Source: Pseudomonadota bacterium
GTDB taxonomy: Bacteria > Bdellovibrionota > FAC87 > UBA2466
Direction of reading: 5' to 3'
DNA: 64,000 nucleotides
NCBI GenBank assembly: GCA_043718025.1
Contig: JAYSWN010000172.1
Coordinates: forward strand, 1-64,000
The translations under genes were made by a program, and so were the position numbers. Position 1 is the stretch's first letter. The number at the start of each line of letters is the position of its first letter. The notes below the pieces were generated by a model, which worked only from the letters and a program-made list of their open reading frames with translations, ran no database searches and had not been told where the DNA came from. Below are positions 26,946 to 40,238 of this stretch, one piece after another.

Positions 26946-28201
26946 CGTTTTTTTAAGACTTCAAGCAGCACGTTGTTTTTAATGTCCTGATGATTCTTTT
27001 CGTCAGTTCCACGCCGGTAGTTGAACTGATCGTAGTCTATTTTTTTGAAAGAGGATTCCCACAACCATACCGAGTAGTTTACCCCCAACTCTTCGAACTG
27101 GGAGGTTACCGCTTCAAGGTAACGCGTCGCGCCCGTTTGATGACGGAAGACGCCGAATTCACCAATGCTCACTGGAGTTTCGTTGTCCTTCTTAATCTGC
27201 TTCACTTGCGCCAACTTGGTTTTTAGCCAGGTGGCGTCCCAAACCTCGCCATCGGTCGAGTCGCTTGCCTGGGCGGCGGGGAAAGCCATCGCCACCTCTT
27301 TGTGCGAGTACTGGTACGGTTCATAAAAATGCACGTTGGTGATTACATTGTGGGTGTCAGGCAGATCCAACGAACTGGCCCACCCGAGGCTGCTATAGTT
27401 CATTGCCCCGGCGAGAATAGGAACCTCAGAGTTTTGCGATCGAATCACTTTAATCAACCGTATGGCCAGTGGATTCCAGTCGACCGTCTTTCCCTTGTAC
27501 TTGGCAAAGAAGGCATCGGCTTCCTCTATCGGGGGTGAAACCACGGAGTTGCCATTCGGCTCCACCATCAAATGAAAACCCGCGACTACCGGATGGTGGC
27601 CGTAGCGATTCGCGGTGTGCTTCCACATCTCAACCCAACCCTCTTGCGCGGCCTTATCGGTCCACACTTTGTGGTTGGCGCGGCTTTTCGCGTTGGCATC
27701 AAAAATGGCCTCATTGCGTCCCGGGCCGGTACGAAAACTTAAAGTGACATAAAGTTTATGCTTCGCACAACGCTCTAACCACCGATCCAACTCTTTTTCG
27801 ACGGCCTCGTCCAGAACGTAAGGCGGCTGCTCGGTGAAAAGACCCGGGTAAGAGAGATTTATCCAGTTGGCTCCCAATGCGCTCAATGAAGCCAAATCTT
27901 CGTCGGAGTAGGGAGGCCCCACCTTCGCATTGCCAAATCCATCGCCGTCAACGGCGGGCTCAATTCTCTTCTGCCATACATTGGCGCCCCGTAGTTTGGT
28001 TCCCCCGTTCCACAAGGCCCAGACTTTGCTTTTTTCGTTGATGATTTTCTTAAACTCCACTTTAGGGCTTTCGACCTTGGGGCCAGGTTTGCTTTCGTCG
28101 TCAACTCGAAGCGTTACGCACCTGACCAAAAAGAGACCGGCGCTAAGCAAAAATAGCACCACTAAATAAAATGGAACCGCTTGAGGCTTACTTTTTTTCA
28201 T
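26915..28201 (-). CDS. Glycoside hydrolase family 5 (cellulase-superfamily), membrane-anchored/secreted
   Basis: LRGANV, LMVEPN (acid/base), VHFYEP, IGEFG (nucleophile); likely ATG 28201. Confidence 0.75.
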   Translation of the reverse strand: MKKSKPQAVPFYLVVLFLLSAGLFLVRCVTLRVDDESKPGPKVESPKVEFKKIINEKSKVWALWNGGTKLRGANVWQKRIEPAVDGDGFGNAKVGPPYSDEDLASLSALGANWINLSYPGLFTEQPPYVLDEAVEKELDRWLERCAKHKLYVTLSFRTGPGRNEAIFDANAKSRANHKVWTDKAAQEGWVEMWKHTANRYGHHPVVAGFHLMVEPNGNSVVSPPIEEADAFFAKYKGKTVDWNPLAIRLIKVIRSQNSEVPILAGAMNYSSLGWASSLDLPDTHNVITNVHFYEPYQYSHKEVAMAFPAAQASDSTDGEVWDATWLKTKLAQVKQIKKDNETPVSIGEFGVFRHQTGATRYLEAVTSQFEELGVNYSVWLWESSFKKIDYDQFNYRRGTDEKNHQDIKNNVLLEVLKKRWAKNAVRPS

Positions 28202-28339
28202 ATCATTTTCCCCGTGACGCGAAGCGCACTTGCTCTCGCGATTGCACGCCGCACTGCTCTGAAAACAATTTAGGCTCAAATACGCTTTGTGTACACCCCA
28301 CAAAGAAAAACAAAACTTAGAGAAAAAAGAATCCTGTTT

Positions 28340-28355
28340 TGGCATCGGACTTGCT
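28340..28355 (+). promoter_or_regulatory. sigma54 promoter for the nfrB-like operon
   Basis: TGGCATCGGACTTGCT matches TGGCAY-N5-TTGCW, 83 nt upstream of ATG 28439. Confidence 0.7.
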
Positions 28356-28438
28356 GAAGGGAAGTATTTAGAAAAAGAGTTAGGGCTGGAAATGGGCCAG
28401 TTCCTAATTTTTCAAACGCACTTTTTTACGAACAACAC

Positions 28439-29812
28439 ATGCAATACAACGAATTTCTTGTTTGGCTCACCGTTATCACCTGCGCCTCTTACGCCTTCTT
28501 CGCGCTCGACGACCTGATCGTCGATTTTGTAGCAACCCTTTTTGGGCTGGGTCCCAAAGAGGTGAAAGAGGAGGAGCAAAGAGCGCTGCGCGCCCTGCCC
28601 GAAAAAAGAATCGCCATCATCATTCCGGCGTGGAAAGAGGCCGACGTCATCGCCCGCATGGTAGCCGGAAATTCCAAGCGAGTTGAGTACGCCAACTACC
28701 ACTTCTTCGTTGGTCTTTATCCTAACGATCACGAATCTATCGCCAAAATAGCTGAGCTCACGGCCAAAGATCCGCGCATTCAGGCGATTATCAATCCCAA
28801 ACCAGGCCCCACGTCGAAGGGGCAAATGCTAAACGTGGTGGTGCGCGACATTCTCGCTTACGAAAGAGAGTCAGGATTCGAATTCGGCGCTTTCTTGATG
28901 CACGACGCTGAAGACATTATTCATCCCTTCTCGCTCAAAATTTTGAATCGTGAGGTAGAGAGCTACGACTTCATTCAGGTGCCCGTATTTTCGCTGCCGG
29001 TGCCGAATCGTCGTCTGGTGGCCGGGGTCTACGCCGATGAGTTTGCGGAGAATCACCTAAAGGAACTGCTTGTGCGCGAGAAAATGAAGGCCGCCGTGCC
29101 TTCGGCCGGAGTCGGCACGCTTCTCTCCCGTGAACTGATTCTGCACTTTCTGCGCACCCACGGAGAGCTTTTCAATCAGAACACCGTTACCGAAGACTAC
29201 GACTTAGGGATCCGGGCTCACCAACGAGGCTTTCGCCCGCACGTCGTCTGCCGCTACCTCACCAACGCCGCCGGTAAAAAAGACTTTGTGGCGACTCGCG
29301 AATACTTTCCGCGCTTCTTCCAACGTTCCATCCGCCAAAAAACTCGGTGGACAGTTGGCATCACTTTTCAGGGGTGGAAGAACCTTGGCTGGTGCGGAAG
29401 TCTCGCAAACCGCTACTTTCTGTATCGCGATCGGCGGGGAATCGTCGCCAACGTAGGCGGGGTAGCGGGTTACCTGGTGGCGATGGCCATGGGAATTGGG
29501 GTTGCGAGTGAGGCCGCGTGGACACACTCTTCGCTATTTCACACCGACGGGTTCAAGGCGCTGGTCGCGGCAAACTTGCTCTTTATGATCGTCCGCTTCG
29601 CCCAGCGATTGCGCTTTACGGCTATGATTTACGGCCTTCGGGTGGCGCTGTTTGCCGCCCCCCGCTGGCCGGTAGGGATTGTTATCAATGCCTTTGCCAC
29701 CATGGGCGCAGCCCGCCAAGAAGCGGTGGCAAGGCTTTATCACAAGCCGATTGCATGGGCGAAAACGGAACACGAACTTCCCGAGATGTTCGGAGAAGCC
29801 GTCAGCGCTTGA
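28439..29812 (+). CDS. NfrB-like GT2 glycosyltransferase (N4 phage adsorption protein B family), short form
   Basis: IPAWKEADVI, YPND, GPTSKG, HDAEDIIHP, YADEFAE, VPSAGVG, TEDYDLG, TREYFP, RQKTRW, WAKTEH. Confidence 0.85.
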   Translation: MQYNEFLVWLTVITCASYAFFALDDLIVDFVATLFGLGPKEVKEEEQRALRALPEKRIAIIIPAWKEADVIARMVAGNSKRVEYANYHFFVGLYPNDHESIAKIAELTAKDPRIQAIINPKPGPTSKGQMLNVVVRDILAYERESGFEFGAFLMHDAEDIIHPFSLKILNREVESYDFIQVPVFSLPVPNRRLVAGVYADEFAENHLKELLVREKMKAAVPSAGVGTLLSRELILHFLRTHGELFNQNTVTEDYDLGIRAHQRGFRPHVVCRYLTNAAGKKDFVATREYFPRFFQRSIRQKTRWTVGITFQGWKNLGWCGSLANRYFLYRDRRGIVANVGGVAGYLVAMAMGIGVASEAAWTHSSLFHTDGFKALVAANLLFMIVRFAQRLRFTAMIYGLRVALFAAPRWPVGIVINAFATMGAARQEAVARLYHKPIAWAKTEHELPEMFGEAVSA

Positions 29813-29850
29813 GCGGGATTACGAGACCTAATGAAGAGCGGGAGCACGAC

Positions 29851-31635
29851 ATGACGCGCAACTTATTTGGATTGGTTTTGGGCACCGCCCTCATCGGTAT
29901 CGCTTGCGTCGGGCCTAAGATGGAAAATGAAGCGCTGGCCATGGCCGTGCGTTCCCCAAAGTGCGTGCAAATTTTTTTCGATGGCAATGGTCGGCCCGAA
30001 AAGCAGCTCGGCTACGGACGCCGGATGGCGCTCTACCTGCAAAATCTGCTCGGCCACTTCGTAAACATTCAGCAGGTGCTCTCTCCCATCGAACTCTATA
30101 AAAAGGGCGATCTCGACGGCTGTCCCTATAACTTTTATATAGGCAGCCAATTCGACAACGCCCTACCCGCTGATTTTATTGCCGACGTAAAGACCAGCCC
30201 CAGTAGCCTCGTGTGGATGGGCTACAACGTTTGGCAAATGGGTGAAGACGTTTTTAAAGAGCGTTTCGGATTGCAGTACAACAGCATCGCCGAACCCGAT
30301 AAAAACCACTTGGACCCCGACGGCATCCCCGGTTTTTTTCGCCTGCACGAATACAAGGGCGAGGTATTTAAGAAGTACGCCAAGGTGAGCGGCGAAGGCA
30401 CGCTGGAAGCGGTTTACGACGTAGTAAAAACCAAGCCACTCAACGCCAAGGTAAAAGTGGTTAGTTGGGTGCAGCACTCAACGCTTGCCGAGCGAATCCC
30501 CTACATTACCCACCATTGGAACCGCTGGTTCGTGGCCGACGTGCCCTTCTCCTATATAAATGAGGAGGACCGCTATCTGATTTTTGCTGACGTACTCTTC
30601 GACATGATCGACGAGAAGCCCTTGCGCCAAGACAAACTTGCGATTGTACGTTTAGAAGACGTTCACCCCGCCATTCCCGAATGGCAGATCCGATCATTTT
30701 ACGAAGCGGCAAAACGGCAGCAGGCTAAATTCGTGGTGTCGTTGATCCCTATCTTCAAAGACCCATACCATGTCTTAGTGCCAAAGGAGCCGGAACTGCT
30801 ACCGATGGGCGAACGCCCCGCCTTTGCCAAACTCTTGCACGAAATGCAAGACGCCGGCGTGGCGACGGTGGCCATGCACGGAGTGACTCACCAGAGTGAC
30901 GATCAAAAAAACCCGGCCGGAGTCAGTGGCTTTGATTACGAGTTTTGGGACATCCTACTCAATAAGCCGATGCCCAATGACAACGCCGAAGCGGTGGTGA
31001 GGCGACTTGAAGAAGGGTACAAAGAGATGCAAAAGGTCGGGCTCACGCCTCACCTTTGGTTAACGCCGCATTACGCCGCCTCCACCCTAGATACTGCCGT
31101 ATTCGGCCAGATGTTTGACTGGGTGGTAGGCCGCATCATTTACACTCCTTTCACCTTGAGCCAACGAGAAAAGTTGCCCGAGTCAATGCGCTTAAGCCGA
31201 GGAGCCGTTGGCGCCGACGGGCAACGGGCAAAGTATTTTGCGGACCTCGCGATTGATGTGGGCAAAGGCGGCCCTACCGAGCAGTACTTTCCCTACGAAA
31301 TTTACGGCGATGTGCACGACCAGAAGGTGTTGCCGGAAAATGCCGGCTACCTGGTTCCCAAAAAGGGGGTCCCCCCCGCGGTGGCGATAGACAGAGTGCT
31401 GGCCGTGATGAAACGCAATCGCGTGTTGCGTGACTTTATGGGCTCGCTCTTCATCCACCCCTTTCTAATGGGAAGCATCGAGGGGGGAGGCTTCGGTAAA
31501 GTGGATGGCGACACCACTGAAATTGAACGCCTCTTCTCAGAAATGCGTAAAATGGGCTACCGCTTCTTGTCGACCAAAGAATGGGTGGCAAGTCATCGCG
31601 AACCCATTCGCCCCGCGCCCAAAGATCTTCACTAA
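29851..31635 (+). CDS. DUF2334-type polysaccharide deacetylase-like lipoprotein
   Basis: Lipobox IAC; VRLEDVHP, MHGVTHQ, TPHYAAS, FPYEIYGD...VLPENAG, FIHPF. Confidence 0.75.
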   Translation: MTRNLFGLVLGTALIGIACVGPKMENEALAMAVRSPKCVQIFFDGNGRPEKQLGYGRRMALYLQNLLGHFVNIQQVLSPIELYKKGDLDGCPYNFYIGSQFDNALPADFIADVKTSPSSLVWMGYNVWQMGEDVFKERFGLQYNSIAEPDKNHLDPDGIPGFFRLHEYKGEVFKKYAKVSGEGTLEAVYDVVKTKPLNAKVKVVSWVQHSTLAERIPYITHHWNRWFVADVPFSYINEEDRYLIFADVLFDMIDEKPLRQDKLAIVRLEDVHPAIPEWQIRSFYEAAKRQQAKFVVSLIPIFKDPYHVLVPKEPELLPMGERPAFAKLLHEMQDAGVATVAMHGVTHQSDDQKNPAGVSGFDYEFWDILLNKPMPNDNAEAVVRRLEEGYKEMQKVGLTPHLWLTPHYAASTLDTAVFGQMFDWVVGRIIYTPFTLSQREKLPESMRLSRGAVGADGQRAKYFADLAIDVGKGGPTEQYFPYEIYGDVHDQKVLPENAGYLVPKKGVPPAVAIDRVLAVMKRNRVLRDFMGSLFIHPFLMGSIEGGGFGKVDGDTTEIERLFSEMRKMGYRFLSTKEWVASHREPIRPAPKDLH

Positions 31636-31819
31636 TTGCCAGCGTAAATCCCTGTCACCACGCGTCTACGCCGCAAATAAATGGTCATTGTTTTTTATCG
31701 TCTTTTCCCTTTAAATGACGGTGTCTTTCAGGAGCCATGGTGGTTCCTGCAGGTCGATCCGAAAAGGGTCCGTCAGAGCGGCCGCTACCGGCAAGTTCTA
31801 CTGGCTGAAAGGAAAAGAG

Positions 31820-34069
<2,250 letters not shown>

Positions 34070-34093
34070 GGAATTAGATAATTGACTCATATG

Positions 34094-34124
34094 AAGGGTC
34101 AGGCCGTTGGCCTGGCCCTTTTTT
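34094..34124 (+). terminator. Rho-independent terminator after glnA
   Basis: AAGGGTCAGGCC-GTT-GGCCTGGCCCTT then TTTT. Confidence 0.8.
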
Positions 34125-34239
34125 ATTTGGCGGTAACCATTTTTTAAGAAGTGACGATAAAACAGAAAACTACCGCAATGAAAAATAGCGATCGAAATGA
34201 AATCATGCTGCCCTACTCCCCATATCAAAAAAGGAATTC

Positions 34240-35784
34240 TTAATTAAGTTTGCCGACCATAAAGTCTAAACCAGTGAATTGCCCGCGATCCGCTTCGCCG
34301 GTGAAGTAGTATGAACTTCCATCCCAGAGTGACGCCCGTCCCGAAGCGGGTTTAACAACACCCGAAACAGTGTTGTCGAATCGCATCACGCCGGCGGTAC
34401 CGAAAACGGAATCTACGGCGCCGTCGGAGTTAAATCGGACCAAGAGTTTTTGGTTAATGTTAACGCCCACTACCTTCGTCTCTCCTAAGGCAAGAATCTT
34501 GGAGCCCTGCAACGCCAGGGAATGAATACGACCGTCGGTAGGCAACTCGAGACGTTTTTTACCATCGAGATCAAATGACGTGTCCAGAGCGCCTGACTCT
34601 GGCAGCAGCCGAAGCAGCGCCAAATCTGACTTGGTCGCGCCCATCGCCACCCCGCCTACTAAAATTTTTCCGTCCGATTGAATGGCAATAGCGAGCCCCT
34701 CGTCATTCTTGCTCATTCCCATATCCAAATTCGGTGGATTAAAGTTGGTATCGAGCACCCCGTCGGCACTTAAACGGATGACAAAAATGTTGGTGTGAGT
34801 CGCCCCCGTCAACTTTGACGTTCCCACGATCAAGATTCGTCCCGTTGAATCTAAGGCCATGGCGCGCGGAGTGGCGTCACTGGCGCTCAATTCCGCCTCA
34901 ATCACGGTGAACCCGGCCAGAGTCGCCTGTCGGCCCGAGGCGCCCGGTGCAAAGCTATAGTCTTGGGACCAATTGGTATTGAGCCGGCGCAACGCCACTT
35001 TTGTCCCGCCCCGCACGTCGGTAGAACCGAGCAAAAGAGGACGCCTCTGGCTATCCAAAATAATTGCCGTCAGCACTTCAGCAGAATTTTTTTCGATGGG
35101 GTCGCTATAGCTTGGGTACGCCGCAAAGTTAGGGGCTTTGTAACGAGTGGAAAGTCTCTGCAAGGTACCGTCTGAAGCAAACCCTACGAGGGCAAAATCG
35201 GTATCGGCCGGGTCGGCGGTTTTAGTTAACGTGTAGCCAGCCCAAACGCTGCCGTCCGGCAGAGTCACCGCACCGGCTACGTCAGCGTGACCCAAAGTGT
35301 CGCGAACCACAATGCGGCCATTCTGACTCGGATTTATTGCTGCTGAATAAGTGGCATCAAAGAGTCCGGTCGTCAGGTTCACCCTAACCGCCGAAATACC
35401 ACGAAAGTCCCCGGCCGGGGCCGAAGGCCCGGCGGGGAAAGTCGCCAAACTGGTTCCCACAATAATTAAATTTCCACTGGTAGATTGTTTAACGATGGCG
35501 GCGGGAACATCGCTCTTTGCCACCGGAGTCGGAAAGGTGGTGGAATTAAAATCAAACTCAGCAAGCCCGTCTCCCGCGAAGGCGGTGGCTAAGGCCAACG
35601 GGCGCTCGATGGTCGAGGTGTCATCCTCTGGTCCTACCTGAACTTCCCAGGTGGGGCACACCGCTACGTTCATCATGGCCGTCGTGCCAGCCTCGGTTAG
35701 GCAGCTTCTTTCAAACTTGTTACAGCCCGCAAGAAACAGGAGCGAAAGGGTAAGCATGCTGAAAACAATTGTGGAAAGTCTCAC
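34240..35784 (-). CDS. Lipoprotein with delta-60-type (beta-propeller) repeats
   Basis: Lipobox LAGC; repeated A...D..G+ILV.G and RL..DG.LDT.F motifs (IQSDGKILVGG, GVLDTNFN, GALDTSFD, GAVDSVFG). Confidence 0.8.
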   Translation of the reverse strand: MRLSTIVFSMLTLSLLFLAGCNKFERSCLTEAGTTAMMNVAVCPTWEVQVGPEDDTSTIERPLALATAFAGDGLAEFDFNSTTFPTPVAKSDVPAAIVKQSTSGNLIIVGTSLATFPAGPSAPAGDFRGISAVRVNLTTGLFDATYSAAINPSQNGRIVVRDTLGHADVAGAVTLPDGSVWAGYTLTKTADPADTDFALVGFASDGTLQRLSTRYKAPNFAAYPSYSDPIEKNSAEVLTAIILDSQRRPLLLGSTDVRGGTKVALRRLNTNWSQDYSFAPGASGRQATLAGFTVIEAELSASDATPRAMALDSTGRILIVGTSKLTGATHTNIFVIRLSADGVLDTNFNPPNLDMGMSKNDEGLAIAIQSDGKILVGGVAMGATKSDLALLRLLPESGALDTSFDLDGKKRLELPTDGRIHSLALQGSKILALGETKVVGVNINQKLLVRFNSDGAVDSVFGTAGVMRFDNTVSGVVKPASGRASLWDGSSYYFTGEADRGQFTGLDFMVGKLN

Positions 35785-35825
35785 GGTGTACTCCAAGGCG
35801 AAATTCTATTGCTATCGACTTACTA

Positions 35826-35841
35826 TCCAATGTCCGTGCCA
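35826..35841 (-). promoter_or_regulatory. Candidate non-canonical sigma54 promoter
   Basis: TGGCACGGACATTGGA (perfect -24 element, -12 GG instead of GC); IHF-like TAAGCCATTGAAA at 35909-35921. Confidence 0.4.
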
Positions 35842-36074
35842 GCTAATTGCGCCTGAGAAATTGGTGGCCAGGGGAATGGGGAATGGACAAGTTTTAGGAG
35901 TGGCCGGCTAAGCCATTGAAAGCGCTGGTTTCTTCTGTGTTCCAGCGGTATACACCGTGCTGTATTCTGACGGTAGACTAAGTAAGGCTCTGCATTTATT
36001 GATATTTTAACTGTTGTATTCTGTGGGATGTTTTCAGAATACGCCGCCTTAAAAGGCTGCCGCCGAACCCGCGC

Positions 36075-36114
36075 AAAAAAAAAAGGGCCCGCCCCAGTGG
36101 GACAGACCCTTTTT
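36075..36114 (-). terminator. Rho-independent terminator after groEL
   Basis: Minus strand GGGTCTGTCCC-ACT-GGGGCGGGCCC followed by T10. Confidence 0.8.
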
Positions 36115-36132
36115 GAAGATCAAAATCGGCGC

Positions 36133-37761
<1,629 letters not shown>

Positions 37762-37781
37762 CTAATTCTCCTTAGGCTAAA

Positions 37782-38069
37782 TTAACCGACGATTCCGAGG
37801 ATCTCATCCTCGCGCATCATCAAATACTCATCACCATCCACCTTCACCTCAGTGCCGGAATACTTTCCGAAGAGGATTTTGTCCCCTTTTTTCACTTCGA
37901 GAGGCACGACTTTTCCATCGTCCAGAATCTTGCCGCTACCTACGGCAACAACTTCACCCTCTTGTGGTTTTTCCTTAGCGGTATCTGGAATAATGATTCC
38001 GCCCTTGGTGGTTTCTTCTTCATTCAAGCGACGCACGATTACTCGATCGCGCAATGGCTTTATCTTCAT
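37782..38069 (-). CDS. groS: Co-chaperonin GroES
   Basis: [41 protein letters not shown] 38069 after GGAG. Confidence 0.98.
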   Translation of the reverse strand: MKIKPLRDRVIVRRLNEEETTKGGIIIPDTAKEKPQEGEVVAVGSGKILDDGKVVPLEVKKGDKILFGKYSGTEVKVDGDEYLMMREDEILGIVG

Positions 38070-38402
38070 ATTCACACTCCTAATTAAGTTACGTTAGACT
38101 AGCGCCGCCCCACCCCCCGAAGGACTGGTGAGCTATTCTCTTTAAGCTCTTCAGGGTGAAGACAACGTTATAGTTAAAACATTGAACGTTGTTTTAGGGA
38201 TTCCCGCGCCAAGGTCAAGTAAATTTATTTATTTCCAAGCCATATCAAGGGTTTAAGGATTTCATGGCCAGCCCCAGTTTTGACTTCTTTTTCAGCGTTC
38301 CCAAATAAGAAAGCGTCGGAAGGCGCCTCCGACAAAAATCTTTGCGCAGCACGGCAATTAGGCCGTTCAGCGCCATTTAAATTTAGAGAGAAGGAGCCTT
38401 TT

Positions 38403-38894
38403 ATGATGCTTTTTAAAAACGACCGAAACTGGGACCCCTTTAAAGAGTGGGAGCAATTTTTTACCAATACGGCTGCCCGTCAAGCGCGGCAGAGCCCGGC
38501 CTATGAGTCGCCACGCTACGCAGTTCAGGAGAAGGAAGATGGCTTTATTCTTAGCCTAGATGTGCCAGGAGTGCGTAAGGAAGACATTCAGATTGAGAGC
38601 AAAGGGCGCACCCTTTCGGTCACGGCCAAGCGTAAAGCGGCCCACACCGAGGGCGAAGCCTCCGAAGAGTCGACGTTTTCCTACCACGCCAGCTTCGAAC
38701 TACCTGAAGCGGTGCAGATGGACGGGGCCGAGGCGTCTTACCAAGACGGAGTGCTGTGCCTGGCCCTGCCAAAAGTGAAAGAGGCCACTACGCGGGCCAT
38801 TAAGGTAACGGACGGTCGTGGCGAGTTTTTCGGAAAACTCGTTCAAGGCTTTAAGAAAAAGATCCCAGAAGTAAAAACGGAAGCCAAAGCCTAA
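38403..38894 (+). CDS. Hsp20/alpha-crystallin small heat-shock protein
   Basis: LDVPGVRKEDIQI, F.LPEAV, ASYQDGVL.LALPK; ATG 38403 after AAGGAG. Confidence 0.9.
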   Translation: MMLFKNDRNWDPFKEWEQFFTNTAARQARQSPAYESPRYAVQEKEDGFILSLDVPGVRKEDIQIESKGRTLSVTAKRKAAHTEGEASEESTFSYHASFELPEAVQMDGAEASYQDGVLCLALPKVKEATTRAIKVTDGRGEFFGKLVQGFKKKIPEVKTEAKA

Positions 38895-38926
38895 TCCCCA
38901 CTCGGCCTGTACGCTTTTCCCCCAAT

Positions 38927-38957
38927 AGGGGGCCCGGAAACGGGCCCCCTTTTTTTT
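38927..38957 (+). terminator. Rho-independent terminator after hsp20
   Basis: AGGGGGCCCG-GAAA-CGGGCCCCCT followed by T7. Confidence 0.85.
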
Positions 38958-39006
38958 AGCCGGCGTCACCCCATTTGCCCTTTTTTAGGAAAACTAGCCG
39001 GAATCG

Positions 39007-39035
39007 TTGAAATCTCTGCCTTCCCCGTTTATCTT
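39007..39035 (+). promoter_or_regulatory. Candidate sigma70 promoter
   Basis: TTGAAA-N17-TATCTT upstream of the flavodoxin fusion. Confidence 0.4.
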
Positions 39036-39074
39036 TTTCCCCAATTTCGAATTGTTTCTAGAGTAGGAGCCGCC

Positions 39075-40238
39075 GTGTTCAGGTCTTCATTTACTGTCTC
39101 AATAAAAGCTCAGGGCCTTACCCTTGGCGTTTGCCGGTCACGCGTGCCTGGCACCTTAGAAGTGTTTGTCGATGGTCCGGTGAAAAGGGCTGAACTGCTG
39201 CGCGTCACCGTAGAGGGAACTAACGCTACGGGGCAGCAGGCCTTTCCCCCGTTGAGCTACACTTTTACCCCCTCAATCGATGCCCCTGCCGCCGCTGCTC
39301 TCGAACTTTCATTGCCGTTCAAAGACTTTTTAGTTGGCAAAGAGAAGTCGACCCACGGGCTGCTAAGAATTCAGTTTTATGTAGATGGGGCCCAGCCGGT
39401 TTCGGCGCTGCTGCCGGTAGAAAGCTTTTTGCGTCTTTACCGCGCTAAAGGAAAAGCGGCAGCGGACTCATTGAGTTGGCATGGCTTGGCGTTGATCGAC
39501 CACAAAGAAGTGGCCGCATTATCGCCGCTCAGTTTAAAAGCGCGCTCGGATCAAAGACGGGAAGAGATTGAGGCAGCTCGCCTTAAGGCCGTGGAAGAGG
39601 CCAAGGCAAAAGAGGCGGCTCGTTTGGCCGCCGCCAAAGCGGCGGAAGAGGCGCGCGCCAAGAGTGCGGTCGGAGCTTCGGCCGCCACTTCGGCCCCCGT
39701 CGACAAATCAAAACCCACCTTGGCCGGCGCTAAAACGCTGCTGATCTACGGATCTTCGACCGGCAACACCACGGATGTGGCGGAAATGATCAAAGCAGAA
39801 TTGGGCGATAGCGTTGATGCGGTAAAAAACATTACCGACTTGAGCCTTTTAGATTTTGGCATTCCGGAAAGATTCATTCTCGGGGTGCCCACCTGGCACA
39901 TTGGCGAGATGCAAGATGACTGGGCCTCGATATTGCCTGACTTTGATAAATCGACGATAAGCTTGGCGGGAAAAAAACTTGCGGTCTTTGGCTTGGGCGA
40001 TGGCAAGGGCTACCCTGACTCGTACGTGGACGCGATGCAGGAGTTGGCCGAAAAATTCGAGAAAAAAGGGGCCAAGCTGGTGGGGTTGTGGCCAACCGAA
40101 GGTTATGAATTCAAAAAGTCAAAAGCCATTCGCGGCAATAAATTCGTAGGCCTGGTGATCGATGTAGAGAACCAAGACGAACTGAGCGAACGCCGAGTTA
40201 AAGAGTGGTGCGCGCAGCTTAAGAACGAACTATTCTAA
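39075..40238 (+). CDS. Long-chain flavodoxin fused to an unknown N-terminal domain via an Ala/Lys/Glu-rich linker
   Basis: C-terminal YGSSTGNT, GVPTWHIGEMQDDW, FGLGD..GYPD.YVDAM, WPTEGYEF, FVGL.ID.ENQ; GTG start after AGGAG. Confidence 0.85.
   Translation: MFRSSFTVSIKAQGLTLGVCRSRVPGTLEVFVDGPVKRAELLRVTVEGTNATGQQAFPPLSYTFTPSIDAPAAAALELSLPFKDFLVGKEKSTHGLLRIQFYVDGAQPVSALLPVESFLRLYRAKGKAAADSLSWHGLALIDHKEVAALSPLSLKARSDQRREEIEAARLKAVEEAKAKEAARLAAAKAAEEARAKSAVGASAATSAPVDKSKPTLAGAKTLLIYGSSTGNTTDVAEMIKAELGDSVDAVKNITDLSLLDFGIPERFILGVPTWHIGEMQDDWASILPDFDKSTISLAGKKLAVFGLGDGKGYPDSYVDAMQELAEKFEKKGAKLVGLWPTEGYEFKKSKAIRGNKFVGLVIDVENQDELSERRVKEWCAQLKNELF

Noticed and set aside
29518..29850. N-terminal extension of the deacetylase ORF (and similar extensions for BioE-like, selA, tatC, GH5, TamA, hsp20)
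   Set aside because: They overlap neighbouring genes or promoters; downstream starts with an RBS or signal peptide fit better
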